From assembly GCA_003220535.1 (NCBI GenBank), contig QHSU01000057.1, positions 20,411 through 84,410 on the forward strand: a stretch of 64,000 bases of DNA, read 5' to 3'. The DNA comes from Candidatus Rokuibacteriota bacterium. Its GTDB lineage: Bacteria; Methylomirabilota; Methylomirabilia; Rokubacteriales; CSP1-6. Both the position numbers and the translations under genes were made by a program. Shown here one piece after another: positions 54,529 through 63,516 of this stretch; the stretch's first letter is position 1, and every line of letters starts with the position of its first letter. A model generated the notes under the pieces. It worked only from the letters and a program-made list of their open reading frames with translations. It was not told where the DNA came from and ran no database searches.

Positions 54529-55143
54529 TCAGGCGAGCATGGCCAAGGTCTGTTCTAGGGTGCGAACGCGCGCATACATCTTCATGGACTTGTCGAGGCT
54601 GTAGGCGTGAGCCGCAGCGTCTCCACCCCAGCAACATTCGCGGACGACCACGGTGTCGAGGTCCATGCTGAAGGCCTCGCGGACACTGGTCTCGACGCCG
54701 CGATTGGTCGCGCCGCCGCCGATCACCAGCGCGGTGCGGTGGAGCGCTCGCAGCAGCTCGGCCACTCCGGTGCCATAAAATGCGCTGGGACGGCGCTTGA
54801 GATACACGTAGTCCTGGGGTCGTGGGGCGATCTCCTCCGGGAAGCCGGCCTCGGGTGTGCCCTCGACGCAGTTGGTGAGCGACGGCACTCCTGTCTCGAC
54901 GCTGAGGTCGGTGGGCAGCAGCACGACGTCGGCGCCGTCCCCGCGGCTGACGGGCGTCGTGTAGATGATGGGCATGGCAAGCGCGCGGCACGCGCCGATC
55001 AAGGCGACCCAGGCGTCGAGGACCGGCCGCATCGCCGCGCGCCGCGCGGGATCGGCGGGGGTCAGGGCACGGCGGCAGGCATCGTAGACGATCAGGGCGG
55101 CGCGCGAAGCGTCGATGCGGTCGGGCGCGGGTGTGGTATTCAT
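54529..55143 (-). CDS. Isochorismatase-family cysteine hydrolase
   Basis: The start is ATG 55143. It contains AALIVYDACRRA..., ...YLKRRPSAFYGT.L..LL and ...LVIGGGATNRGVETSVREA. Confidence 0.7.
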   Translation of the reverse strand: MNTTPAPDRIDASRAALIVYDACRRALTPADPARRAAMRPVLDAWVALIGACRALAMPIIYTTPVSRGDGADVVLLPTDLSVETGVPSLTNCVEGTPEAGFPEEIAPRPQDYVYLKRRPSAFYGTGVAELLRALHRTALVIGGGATNRGVETSVREAFSMDLDTVVVRECCWGGDAAAHAYSLDKSMKMYARVRTLEQTLAMLA

Positions 55144-55181
55144 GGCCCGGATTCTAATCCGGTACGATGCGAGGTGATCTG

Positions 55182-55991
55182 ATGACAGAGACGAACTCCG
55201 GCCGCGCACACCTCATCGCCGGTGGCTTTCCGCCTGGATCCTCCGCCGGGCACGACCACGACTATGCGCGCCTGCGACTGCTCGGGCTCCTGGCGGAGCA
55301 GGGCGTTCCGACGTCGGTCGCCAATGACTTCGCCGACGTCGAGAAGTGGCTGCCGGTGAGCCGGTTGCTCATCACCTACGTGGCCGGCCCATACCCCGAC
55401 GCTGCGCAGTGCCGCGTCATCGAGCGCTGGCTGGAAGCGGGCGGCCACTGGCTCGGCTTGCACGGCACCAGCGGTGGCCGCGCCGAGCGGGTGGAGGGCG
55501 CGCGGCAGCGCCGCACCGTGAAGACCGAGCACCACGCGCTGCTCGGGAGCTACTTCCTGACCCATCCCCCGATCTGCAAGATCCGCGTCGACCTGGCGGC
55601 CGGCAACACGAGCCTGACGCGAGGGCTCACCGCGTCCTTCGTCGTCGAGGACGAGCCGTACTTCATCGAGCTCCAGGACCCGGGTTCGACCCGAATCTTG
55701 CTCACGGCGGACTACGGCCCGGGCGCCACGTCGCCCGCCATCGGCACCCTCTATCCTTCGGACACGTCGTTGCTGCCCGACGGCAAGACCCGCGTGCTCG
55801 GCTACACCCGTGAGGTGGGCAAAGGCGGCGTCACGTACTTTGCCCTCGGCCACTGCCACAACCCGGCGATTCGCGCATCGCGGGTCGTCGATCCCACGGA
55901 CACGACGCCGCTCACCTTTCGCGGCTCGTGGGAAACCGACGCGTTCGTCACGCTGTTGCGCAACGCCATCGCCTGGGGCGTGGGAGCCTGA
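55182..55991 (+). CDS. ThuA-like (trehalose-utilisation/class-I glutamine-amidotransferase-like fold) domain protein
   Basis: It contains AHLIAGGFPPGSSAGHDHDYARL..., ...WLEAGGHWLGLHG... and ...YFALGHCH. The family call is made from memory. Confidence 0.55.
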   Translation: MTETNSGRAHLIAGGFPPGSSAGHDHDYARLRLLGLLAEQGVPTSVANDFADVEKWLPVSRLLITYVAGPYPDAAQCRVIERWLEAGGHWLGLHGTSGGRAERVEGARQRRTVKTEHHALLGSYFLTHPPICKIRVDLAAGNTSLTRGLTASFVVEDEPYFIELQDPGSTRILLTADYGPGATSPAIGTLYPSDTSLLPDGKTRVLGYTREVGKGGVTYFALGHCHNPAIRASRVVDPTDTTPLTFRGSWETDAFVTLLRNAIAWGVGA

Positions 55992-55998
55992 CGCCGGC

Positions 55999-56517
55999 TT
56001 ACTTCATCCGCTCCTGGATCTTGGCGATGGCGGCGCGGGCGCACTCCTCGTCGAACTGGCCGCCCGGCGCTCCGCTCACGCCGATCGCGCCGATCGCCTT
56101 TCCGCCGGCCATGATCGTTACCCCGCCGACCGCATACGTCACGTTGGGCAGCGGCGTCTGCGGCACCGTGGTGGCGGGATTCTTGGCCATCCGGTCGGCG
56201 ACGGCCTTCGTGCTGTCTTCCTTGCGCGCGAGCGTCAGCGAGGCGGCCGAGTACGCCTTGTAGAAGGCGTTGTCGAGCGTGTGGATCGGTGCGCCGTTTC
56301 CCCGCAGCAGGGCCTGGCGAACGCCGTCGAGATCGACGACGACCGCCGTCACCGTGTAACCCTTCTGAGCACAGGCTGCGACCGATTCCCCCACCAGCTC
56401 GTTTGCAAGCGGCGCTGACAATTTCTGCGTGGTGACCAACCCCTGGGCCCAAGCGCCCGTCGCGGCGCCAACGAGGGTGAACGCAAACGCTGCACCTGCC
56501 GCCAACGATCGTGACAT
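55999..56517 (-). CDS. GlcG/HbpS-like (DUF336) heme-binding protein, secreted
   Basis: A signal peptide is present (MSRSLAAGAAFAFTLVGAATGAWA). It contains ...VVVDLDG... and ...GGVTIMAGGKAIGAIGVSGAPGGQFDEECA. A GGGAGG SD is present. Confidence 0.75.
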   Translation of the reverse strand: MSRSLAAGAAFAFTLVGAATGAWAQGLVTTQKLSAPLANELVGESVAACAQKGYTVTAVVVDLDGVRQALLRGNGAPIHTLDNAFYKAYSAASLTLARKEDSTKAVADRMAKNPATTVPQTPLPNVTYAVGGVTIMAGGKAIGAIGVSGAPGGQFDEECARAAIAKIQERMK

Positions 56518-56733
56518 TCGTGCCTCCCTGTCGAGTTTTCGGCCAGACATCTCGAGGGCGCAAGGACGCGCCGCACCCGCGCGGATCATACTCCAGGGCG
56601 GGGCGCCATGGGCCGTGCGTGGCCCGGGGTTGTTTCACCGCGCTTGAAGACGGCGGGAATCTCGGCTAAAGAGGCAGTATCCGTTGTCAACGTTTCGCGA
56701 TCATCAGACTGCCGCAGAGGGAAGGGGCACGCC

Positions 56734-57537
56734 ATGCTGATTGTCGACGCGCAGATCCACATCTGGAAGAACAACAAGCCGACGAATCCGAACCACCGTC
56801 AGGTCGCCGACTTCACGGTAGACGACGTGCTGAAGGAGATGGACGAGGGCGGCGTCGACGCGGCCGTGATTCATCCGCCCGGGTGGGATCCCAATTCCAA
56901 CGCGCTCGCGGTCGAAGCCGCGCGCCAGCATCCCAACCGTCTGGCGATCCTCGGCAACTTCCCCCTCGACAAGCCGGAAAGCCGCTCGTTGATCGACGGC
57001 CTGAAGAGTCGGCCGGGGATGCGCGGACTCCGCTTCGCGTTGCTGCAGCCGCATCAGAAGACGTGGCTGACCGACGGGACCATCGACTGGCTCTGGCCCG
57101 CGGCCGAGCGCGCGGGACTGCCGGTCGCGCTTCTCGGACCAGGTCTCCTGCAGGTCATCGGCCAGATCGCGGAGCGTCATCCGGGGCTCAAGCTGATCAT
57201 CGATCATTTCGGGCGCCCCGACGCCGCGTGGTCGAACCTGCCGGATCTTGTAGCGGCGGCGAAGCATCGTAACGTGGCGCTGAAGGCGACCGGGGCGCCG
57301 AGCTACTCGAGCGAGCCGTATCCGTATCGCGACATCCACGGGCATATCAAGAAGCTCTACGACGCCTTCGGCCCCGAGCGAATGTTCTGGGGGACCGACA
57401 TCACGCGGATGCCGTGCTCGTGGAGGCAGTGTGTCACGATGTTCACCGACGACATACCGTGGCTGTCGGCGAAGGACAAAGAGCTGATCATGGGGCGCGC
57501 GCTCTGCAACTGGATCGACTGGAAGCTGCCGGGATAG
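56734..57537 (+). CDS. Amidohydrolase-2 family protein
   Basis: It contains MLIVDAQIHIW (the metal-binding H-x-H) and ...LKLIIDHFG... . The protein is 267 aa. Confidence 0.75.
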   Translation: MLIVDAQIHIWKNNKPTNPNHRQVADFTVDDVLKEMDEGGVDAAVIHPPGWDPNSNALAVEAARQHPNRLAILGNFPLDKPESRSLIDGLKSRPGMRGLRFALLQPHQKTWLTDGTIDWLWPAAERAGLPVALLGPGLLQVIGQIAERHPGLKLIIDHFGRPDAAWSNLPDLVAAAKHRNVALKATGAPSYSSEPYPYRDIHGHIKKLYDAFGPERMFWGTDITRMPCSWRQCVTMFTDDIPWLSAKDKELIMGRALCNWIDWKLPG

Positions 57538-57542
57538 CGACG

Positions 57543-57791
57543 ATGGCTGACGACCCTCTGCAAGCCGAGGTCGAGCGACTCAAGGCGGAGAACGCGGCGC
57601 TGAAGGCCCGGGCGACGCGCGGCGTGTCGATCAAGGTTAGTGAGAAGGGCGGAGTCTCCGTTTACGGGCTCGGCCGCTTCCCCGTGACCCTGTACAAGGA
57701 GCAGTGGACGAAGCTGCTCGACATGGCCGACGAAATCCGGGCCTTCATCAAGGAGCACGACGCCCAGCTGAAGACCAAGGAGCCGCGCTGA
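57543..57791 (+). CDS. Small hypothetical protein (82 aa; N-terminal coiled-coil plus a beta-rich core)
   Basis: The ORF begins 5 nt after the upstream stop and shows in-operon coding-like composition. I recognise no family with confidence. Confidence 0.45.
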   Translation: MADDPLQAEVERLKAENAALKARATRGVSIKVSEKGGVSVYGLGRFPVTLYKEQWTKLLDMADEIRAFIKEHDAQLKTKEPR

Positions 57792-57826
57792 CCGCGTGAA
57801 CCCAGGCCGCCCGTCGTGCTGCTGCG

Positions 57827-59008
57827 ATGGACGATCGTGACGCGATCGTATACGGGCATTGCGAGCCGGCATTCGAGCGGGTCCGCGACTCGCTCGCCGA
57901 AATTCTCGCCTCCGGTTCCGAGGTGGGCGCTGCCCTTGCCGTCTACATCGACAGGCACGCCGTCGTCGACCTGTGGGCAGGCCACACCGACGCCGCGCGG
58001 ACCCGACCGTGGGAGCGAGACACGATCGTCAACCTCTACTCCATCGGCAAGGCTGTCACCGCCGTTTGCGCGTTTCGGCTCGTCGAGGCCGGCCTGCTCG
58101 ATCTCGACGCGCCCGTCGCTCGCTACTGGCCCGAGTTCGCACAGGCGGGCAAGGCGCGGGTCCCGGTGCGCTATCTCCTGACGCATCAGGCGGCGCTGCC
58201 GGCCATCGCCCGCGCGCTGCCATCGGGGGCGTGGAGTTCCTGGGACATCATGACCGAGGCGCTCGCCGCCCAGGCACCGTGGTGGGAGCCGGGCGCCGGC
58301 CACGGGTATCACGTCAACTCACAGGGATTCCTGATCGGCGAGATCGTGCGACGCATCACCGGGAAGACGCTCGGCACCTATCTGCACGAGAGCATCGCCG
58401 GTCCCGCCGGCGTCGATTTCTTCATCGGCTTCGGTCCCGAGCTAGATGGACGCTGCGCCGATTTGCTGCCGCAACAGGCGAGTCCCGAAAGCGAGGAGCT
58501 TCGGCGTCAGCTCAGCGTGAATCCCGAGGGTCTGGACGGCTTGCCTCTGATGCGTGTCAACGCCTATCGCAACCCGCCCGAGGTTTCGGGAACTGGGGTG
58601 GTGAACACGCGCCAGTGGCGCGCGGCGGAGGTGCCGTCGACGAACGGGCACGGCAATGCGCGCGCGGTGGCGCGCCTCTACTCGGCGCTCGCCGGTGACG
58701 GCGAGCTGGACGGCGTCCATGTGCTCGCTCCGGAGACCGTCGCGCGTGCAACCGAGCAACAGGTTTATGGTGACGACATCGTGCTGCAACGCCCTACACG
58801 CTTCGGGCTCGGGTTCCAGCTCGCGATGACCGAGCGCCCGCTCGGTCCCAATCCGCGTGCGTTCGGGCACTTTGGCGCCGGCGGATCGCTCGGGTTCGCC
58901 GATCCCGACGCGCGCGTCGGCTTCGGCTACGCCATGAATCAGGGGCGCGGCGGCTGGCAGCACAAGCACGTTCGTCATCTCATCGATCTGGTCTACGCGG
59001 CGCTCTAA
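57827..59008 (+). CDS. Serine hydrolase of the beta-lactamase family (EstB/class-C-like esterase)
   Basis: The S-x-x-K motif is in YSIGKAVTA. The protein is 393 aa and has no signal peptide. Confidence 0.8.
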   Translation: MDDRDAIVYGHCEPAFERVRDSLAEILASGSEVGAALAVYIDRHAVVDLWAGHTDAARTRPWERDTIVNLYSIGKAVTAVCAFRLVEAGLLDLDAPVARYWPEFAQAGKARVPVRYLLTHQAALPAIARALPSGAWSSWDIMTEALAAQAPWWEPGAGHGYHVNSQGFLIGEIVRRITGKTLGTYLHESIAGPAGVDFFIGFGPELDGRCADLLPQQASPESEELRRQLSVNPEGLDGLPLMRVNAYRNPPEVSGTGVVNTRQWRAAEVPSTNGHGNARAVARLYSALAGDGELDGVHVLAPETVARATEQQVYGDDIVLQRPTRFGLGFQLAMTERPLGPNPRAFGHFGAGGSLGFADPDARVGFGYAMNQGRGGWQHKHVRHLIDLVYAAL

Positions 59009-59023
59009 CGAACAGGAGGCGCG

Positions 59024-59587
59024 ATGAGCGGGACACCGACCTTCGGACGCTATGCCGAGATTCCGATTGACCAGATGACGCCCGGGCAGCGAGACGGATA
59101 CCGCTTCCTGGTTGACGGCCCGCGCGGTCGGCTTCCCGGCCCCTACAAGGTTTGGGTGCACAATCCGAAGCTGGTGCACGCGGCCGCCCCGCTCGGACAG
59201 CATTTCACGCCGGGCCAGTCATCGCTGACGGAGCGCGAGCGAGAGATCGCCGTGATCGTCATGACCAGCAAATGGCATTCGGCCTACCCCACCGCTGCGC
59301 ACGAAAAGCGCGGCAAAGAGGTCGGCCTGTCCGCTCCCGCGGTGGAAGCGATGATCGCGGGCCTTCCGGCCTCGTTCGCGGACCCGCGGGAGCAGGTGGT
59401 CTACGAGGTGGCGATGGCGCTGGCCGGCGGTCAGCTGGTCTCTCAGGGCCTGTATGACCACGCGGTCAAGGCGCTCGGGCATGAGAGCATCACCGACATG
59501 ATCGTCCTGATGGGTTACTACACGGCTGTGTCGCTCACGATGAACTTCTATGCCGTGCCGGCCGGAAGCCCCGGCCTGGCCCGCTGA
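59024..59587 (+). CDS. Carboxymuconolactone-decarboxylase (CMD/AhpD-like) family protein
   Basis: It contains ...LTEREREIAVIVMTSKWHSAYPTAAHEKRGKEVGL..., a typical CMD helical repeat pattern. Confidence 0.65.
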   Translation: MSGTPTFGRYAEIPIDQMTPGQRDGYRFLVDGPRGRLPGPYKVWVHNPKLVHAAAPLGQHFTPGQSSLTEREREIAVIVMTSKWHSAYPTAAHEKRGKEVGLSAPAVEAMIAGLPASFADPREQVVYEVAMALAGGQLVSQGLYDHAVKALGHESITDMIVLMGYYTAVSLTMNFYAVPAGSPGLAR

Positions 59588-59598
59588 GGACCGTCATC

Positions 59599-60411
59599 AT
59601 GGCTCTACTCAAGATCACATCGCTGCATCCCTCGCTCGGCGCCGAGGTCGCCGGCGTCGACCTCAGCAAGCCGGTCGACGCGCCGACCCGGCAGGCGCTG
59701 TCACACGCGCTCGCCGACCATCTGGCGCTCGTCTTTCGCGATCAGGCGTTGACGCCGTCCCAGTATCTCGCCGCCGCTTCGGTGTTCGGCCCGCCGATGG
59801 AGCAGCACTACTCACAGCACAACATGCCGGACTTTCCCCTGATCGGGTTGGTCTGGCACCGGAATGGTCAGCAACCGGCCGAGCAGTGGCACACCGACCA
59901 CACCAACCGCGAGCGCCCGCCGGCCGCCACCATCTTGTATGGAGTGGAGATTCCATCGGCCGGTGGCGGGACCAGCGTCGCGAACATGCGCGCGGCCTAC
60001 GCCGCACTCTCCGAAGACGAACGCCGGCGCCTCGAATCGCTGAAGACGTTCAACAGCCTGGACAGCGGTCGCACCGACACTCGCCAGGAAGACAAGGACA
60101 AGTACGGCAAGCCGATCGAGCATCCGATGGTGCGCACCCATCCGGTGCATGGGTCGAGGGCGGTGTATTTCCACATCTCCAAGGCTCGCATCGACGGCAT
60201 GACACCGGAGGCCAGTCGCGCATACATGGCCGATCTCCTCGACCGGATGATTCGGCCGGAGATCGTCTACCACCATGCCTGGCGCAAAGGTGACGTCCTG
60301 ATCATCGACGACCGCGCGACGATGCACCGGGCGCACGGCGACTACGATCGAAGGCAGAGTCGGGTCCTGTGGCGGATCATCGTCGAAGGTGATCGTCCGC
60401 GGCTGGATTAG
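59599..60411 (+). CDS. TauD/TfdA-family Fe(II)/2-oxoglutarate dioxygenase
   Basis: It contains ...LGAEVAGVDLS..., WHTDH (H-x-D) and ...DDRATMHRA... . Confidence 0.85.
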   Translation: MALLKITSLHPSLGAEVAGVDLSKPVDAPTRQALSHALADHLALVFRDQALTPSQYLAAASVFGPPMEQHYSQHNMPDFPLIGLVWHRNGQQPAEQWHTDHTNRERPPAATILYGVEIPSAGGGTSVANMRAAYAALSEDERRRLESLKTFNSLDSGRTDTRQEDKDKYGKPIEHPMVRTHPVHGSRAVYFHISKARIDGMTPEASRAYMADLLDRMIRPEIVYHHAWRKGDVLIIDDRATMHRAHGDYDRRQSRVLWRIIVEGDRPRLD

Positions 60412-60455
60412 TCGAAGATCCGGCCGGTCCTCGTGGTCGCGACGCCGCTCCGCGC

Positions 60456-62168
60456 CTAGCGGGGCCCGAGGTCGCGCTCGGCGTCGGCGAGCAGGCGCTC
60501 GAAGGATGAGGGCAGCTCGATCGGGCGGCCGACAACGCCGGGGCTGTAGCCCTGCATCCAGTAGCTGTTGGTCGGGTGGCCGCCACCGGCCACGACGATC
60601 ACGAAGTTGTCGGGGCTGGCGGTGATCGGCCACGGGTCCAGGGCGAGGCTCTCGCGCGTCACCTTGCTCGCATCGATCTCGATCCACGCCGGACATCCCG
60701 CGCGACGGAGCTCTGCGACCGGGATCCTCGAATGCTCCCAGAGGAACTCACGGATCGATGCCTTGGTCCACCCGAGCCCGGCCATCGTCTGCGCCACCAC
60801 TCCCGGGATCATCAGGATGCCCGGCGTTCCCCGCTCGTAGCCGGCGAGCCCGGGCATGTTGGGCACGCGCATGAAATCGGCCATACGGTGCATGCCCTGG
60901 AGCGCGTCTTCCTCGGGCGTCTCCTTCTTGGCGCCGCGCCGCCGGATGTTGGTGACCCCATTCGCGAAGGCGAACGAGATCGAGCTTGTGCCCGGCTCGA
61001 AGCCGTGACGCTCGGCGCCGTGCGGCGTCCAGCCGGAGGGTAGATTCGCCTCGTCCTCGGCGAAGACCACGTTCGTGTAGCGCATGCCACCGTAGTTCGC
61101 CATGGTGCCGATGCCGGGCAGGGCGCCGCCGAGGTTCTGCTGCAACAGGCGCAGCGCTCGGCCGATGCTCGCGCCCGCCGGCCGCTGCGGATCCGGGCCA
61201 AGGCAGCCGAAGCCGGCATTCAGCCGGATCTGGGCGCCGATCGGCCCGTTGACGATCACCACCGGAAAGGCGCTGCCCGACGCGGCCTGCAGCTGCTCGC
61301 TCCCGGACTCGGCGTCGAGGAAGGCGCTCACGGCAGCCACGAGCACCGGCACGTACTCGGGCCGCCCGCCCGCCATCGCCAGCGCGATGGCGCATGACTC
61401 GACCGTGGTCACGCCGCCCCGCGGCGGAAAAGTGCCGAGCCCGCGTCCGCGCGGCTGCGCGGCGCCGCCCAGGATCCAGTCCACTCGTTCCCGCGTCGGG
61501 GGCCAGAGCGGCAGGCCATCACCCCAGCGGTTGGCGAGCATCAGATGATTCGCGCGGGCGAAGGCGTCCTCGACACTCGTGCCCTGCACGTGGACCATCG
61601 GCGCCCCGCTCACGCCATCGCCGGCAAAGGCCGAGCGCCACCGCGTCAGGCCGTCGTAGAACTCACGCTTGCGCACCTCCATTGGAGAGATGTCGCTGCC
61701 CGGCAGGAACATCTCGATGGGAAAGGTGACCATCGCCGCGTCCGGCGCCAACCCGACTCCAGCGACGGCGTTCGTCATGACCCCCACGAAATCCTCGCGG
61801 GTCAGCGTGACCGTCGGGATTCCCCGTGCTTCGAGCCTAGCGGCCGCCCGGCCGCATGCAGTGGCGCAGGACCCTCAGGCAGCGTTGCCGATGATGACGG
61901 CGTCGACCCCGCTCTCCTTGACGAGCGCCGCCGTCTCCTCCGAGCCGATCACGGCGTTGCCCTGGGGGAAAGCGTCGATCGGCAGCACCTCGATGCCCGG
62001 GAAGTCCACCTCGAGCAGGGCCTTCAGACGGGGGAGCATGCGGTAGGCCTGCCACTGCTCGTTGCTGACGAAGCCGACGCGCTTGCCCTCGAGGGTGGCG
62101 ATGCGCGGCGCGTGCGGCTGCTTCACTTCGATGGCGCCGGACGGGTCGTGGAACTCGAGGTTCACCAT
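60456..62168 (-). CDS. Candidate selenoprotein: UGSC-family redox domain (Sec at codon 98, TGA 61877-61875) fused in-frame to an uncharacterised module of about 370 aa
   Basis: ORFs 61875..62330 and 60456..61787 share one frame and are separated only by this TGA. The context is ...DAVIIGNAA-TGA-GSCATACGRAAARLEARGIPTV.... AGGAGG lies 7 nt before ATG 62168, and a hairpin lies 20 nt after the TGA. Confidence 0.55.
61840..61855 (-). promoter_or_regulatory. SECIS-candidate stem-loop (6-bp GC stem, GGGC loop) downstream of the in-frame TGA
   Basis: The mRNA sense reads GCGGCC-GGGC-GGCCGC. The loop begins 25 nt after the UGA and starts with G. Confidence 0.35.
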
Positions 62169-62223
62169 GAGATGCCCTCCTGGAAACGTCATCTTACCCG
62201 CGCTGGCCGCGCGACGCGTCAGA

Positions 62224-63453
62224 TCATCCATCGGCGACGCCCTTCGCGGGCCGGGTCGAGGCGGCCGTCGATTGGACGCGAGCCGGGCGCTGATGGGGCA
62301 AGCCGAGCGCCACGAGAATGCCCAGGGCATTGCCGCCGGCGGCGATCAGGATCGCGGATCCGTAGCCCTGAGTCAGGTCGAACAGGTAGCCGGCGGTGAT
62401 TGGCAGGATGATGGCGGCGGCGCACCATGCGAGGTAGATCCGGCTGGCAATCCGGCCGTACAGCGCACGTCTCCAGTACACGGCCACCGCGGCCGCGGTG
62501 ACGCCGGAGATCACCCCGTAGCCCATCCCCACGAGCGCCAGTGCCAGGACCGATACGCCGGGGCCGGGCCACAGCGTCAGCGCCACGTTGCCGGCGAGTG
62601 CGACGGCGTGCGCGCCGGCCGCGACCGCAGGAATGGTCAGCCAGTCGACCATCCACCCGCCTCCCAAGCGTGCGACGGCGATCGTGCCGGCGATGAAGGT
62701 CGTGCCGTAGACGGCGAGCGAGGTCGCGCCACCATAGGCCGCGATGATGCCGGCGGCCTGACTGAGCACCATCAGCCCAGCGGACGCCGCCAGGAAGAAG
62801 ACGATCCACAGTCGCCAGAACACGGGCCGGCGTCGTTCTCCCTCGTCAGGCGCGATGCTCGCGGCGGCCGCCGCCAGCGTGACGCCGGATTGCGCGATCA
62901 GCCACGCGCTGATCGAGCCGGTGACGGCCAGGACCGTGGCGAGGCCCCCGAGCGTGGCGCGCACGCCGAACTCGCCGATGGACCACCCGAAGAGGGGCGC
63001 GGCGATCATCGCGCCGGCCGGATACAGCCCGACGATGTAGCCGTTCACCAGACCGTGGCGCCTCGTCACGGCGAGGTTCACCGTTTGCTGCGCGAGGATG
63101 TAAGCAGCGCCACCACCGGCGCCGAACAACACTCCGTACCCCACGGCCAGCTGGGCGAGACCGCCCGCCGTCGCGGCAACCGCGATGCCCAGCGCGCTCG
63201 CGGCCGCACAGGCCAGCACCAGTGCCGTGGTCGACGCGAGGCCGAAGAAGTGAGGCGCCAGAAGCATGCCGGCGCCGAATCCGCCGGATGCAAGGGCGAA
63301 GACGAGCGCGAGATCGGCCCGGCTCAGCCCGAGCAGCGCTTCCAGCGGCTTCAAGAACACGCTGAACGCGTAGAGCGACCCGAGCGGGGCATTGAGCACG
63401 GTGGCGGCCGCGACGGCGCGCCACGCGCTCGGCCTGACGTCAGGCTCGTTCAC
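62224..63453 (-). CDS. MFS transporter (oxalate/formate-antiporter-like subfamily)
   Basis: 409 aa with 12 TM segments. The N-terminus ...NAPLGSLYAFSVFLKPLE... is typical of OFA-type MFS. It has a GTG start. The stop lies 55 nt upstream of the UGSC gene start. Confidence 0.8.
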   Translation of the reverse strand: MNEPDVRPSAWRAVAAATVLNAPLGSLYAFSVFLKPLEALLGLSRADLALVFALASGGFGAGMLLAPHFFGLASTTALVLACAAASALGIAVAATAGGLAQLAVGYGVLFGAGGGAAYILAQQTVNLAVTRRHGLVNGYIVGLYPAGAMIAAPLFGWSIGEFGVRATLGGLATVLAVTGSISAWLIAQSGVTLAAAAASIAPDEGERRRPVFWRLWIVFFLAASAGLMVLSQAAGIIAAYGGATSLAVYGTTFIAGTIAVARLGGGWMVDWLTIPAVAAGAHAVALAGNVALTLWPGPGVSVLALALVGMGYGVISGVTAAAVAVYWRRALYGRIASRIYLAWCAAAIILPITAGYLFDLTQGYGSAILIAAGGNALGILVALGLPHQRPARVQSTAASTRPAKGVADG

Positions 63454-63516
63454 GATCGATCAGACGTCGCCGTGTCGCCGCTGCTCTCGGCCAGGACCCT
63501 CTCCACGCTTCAAAAA

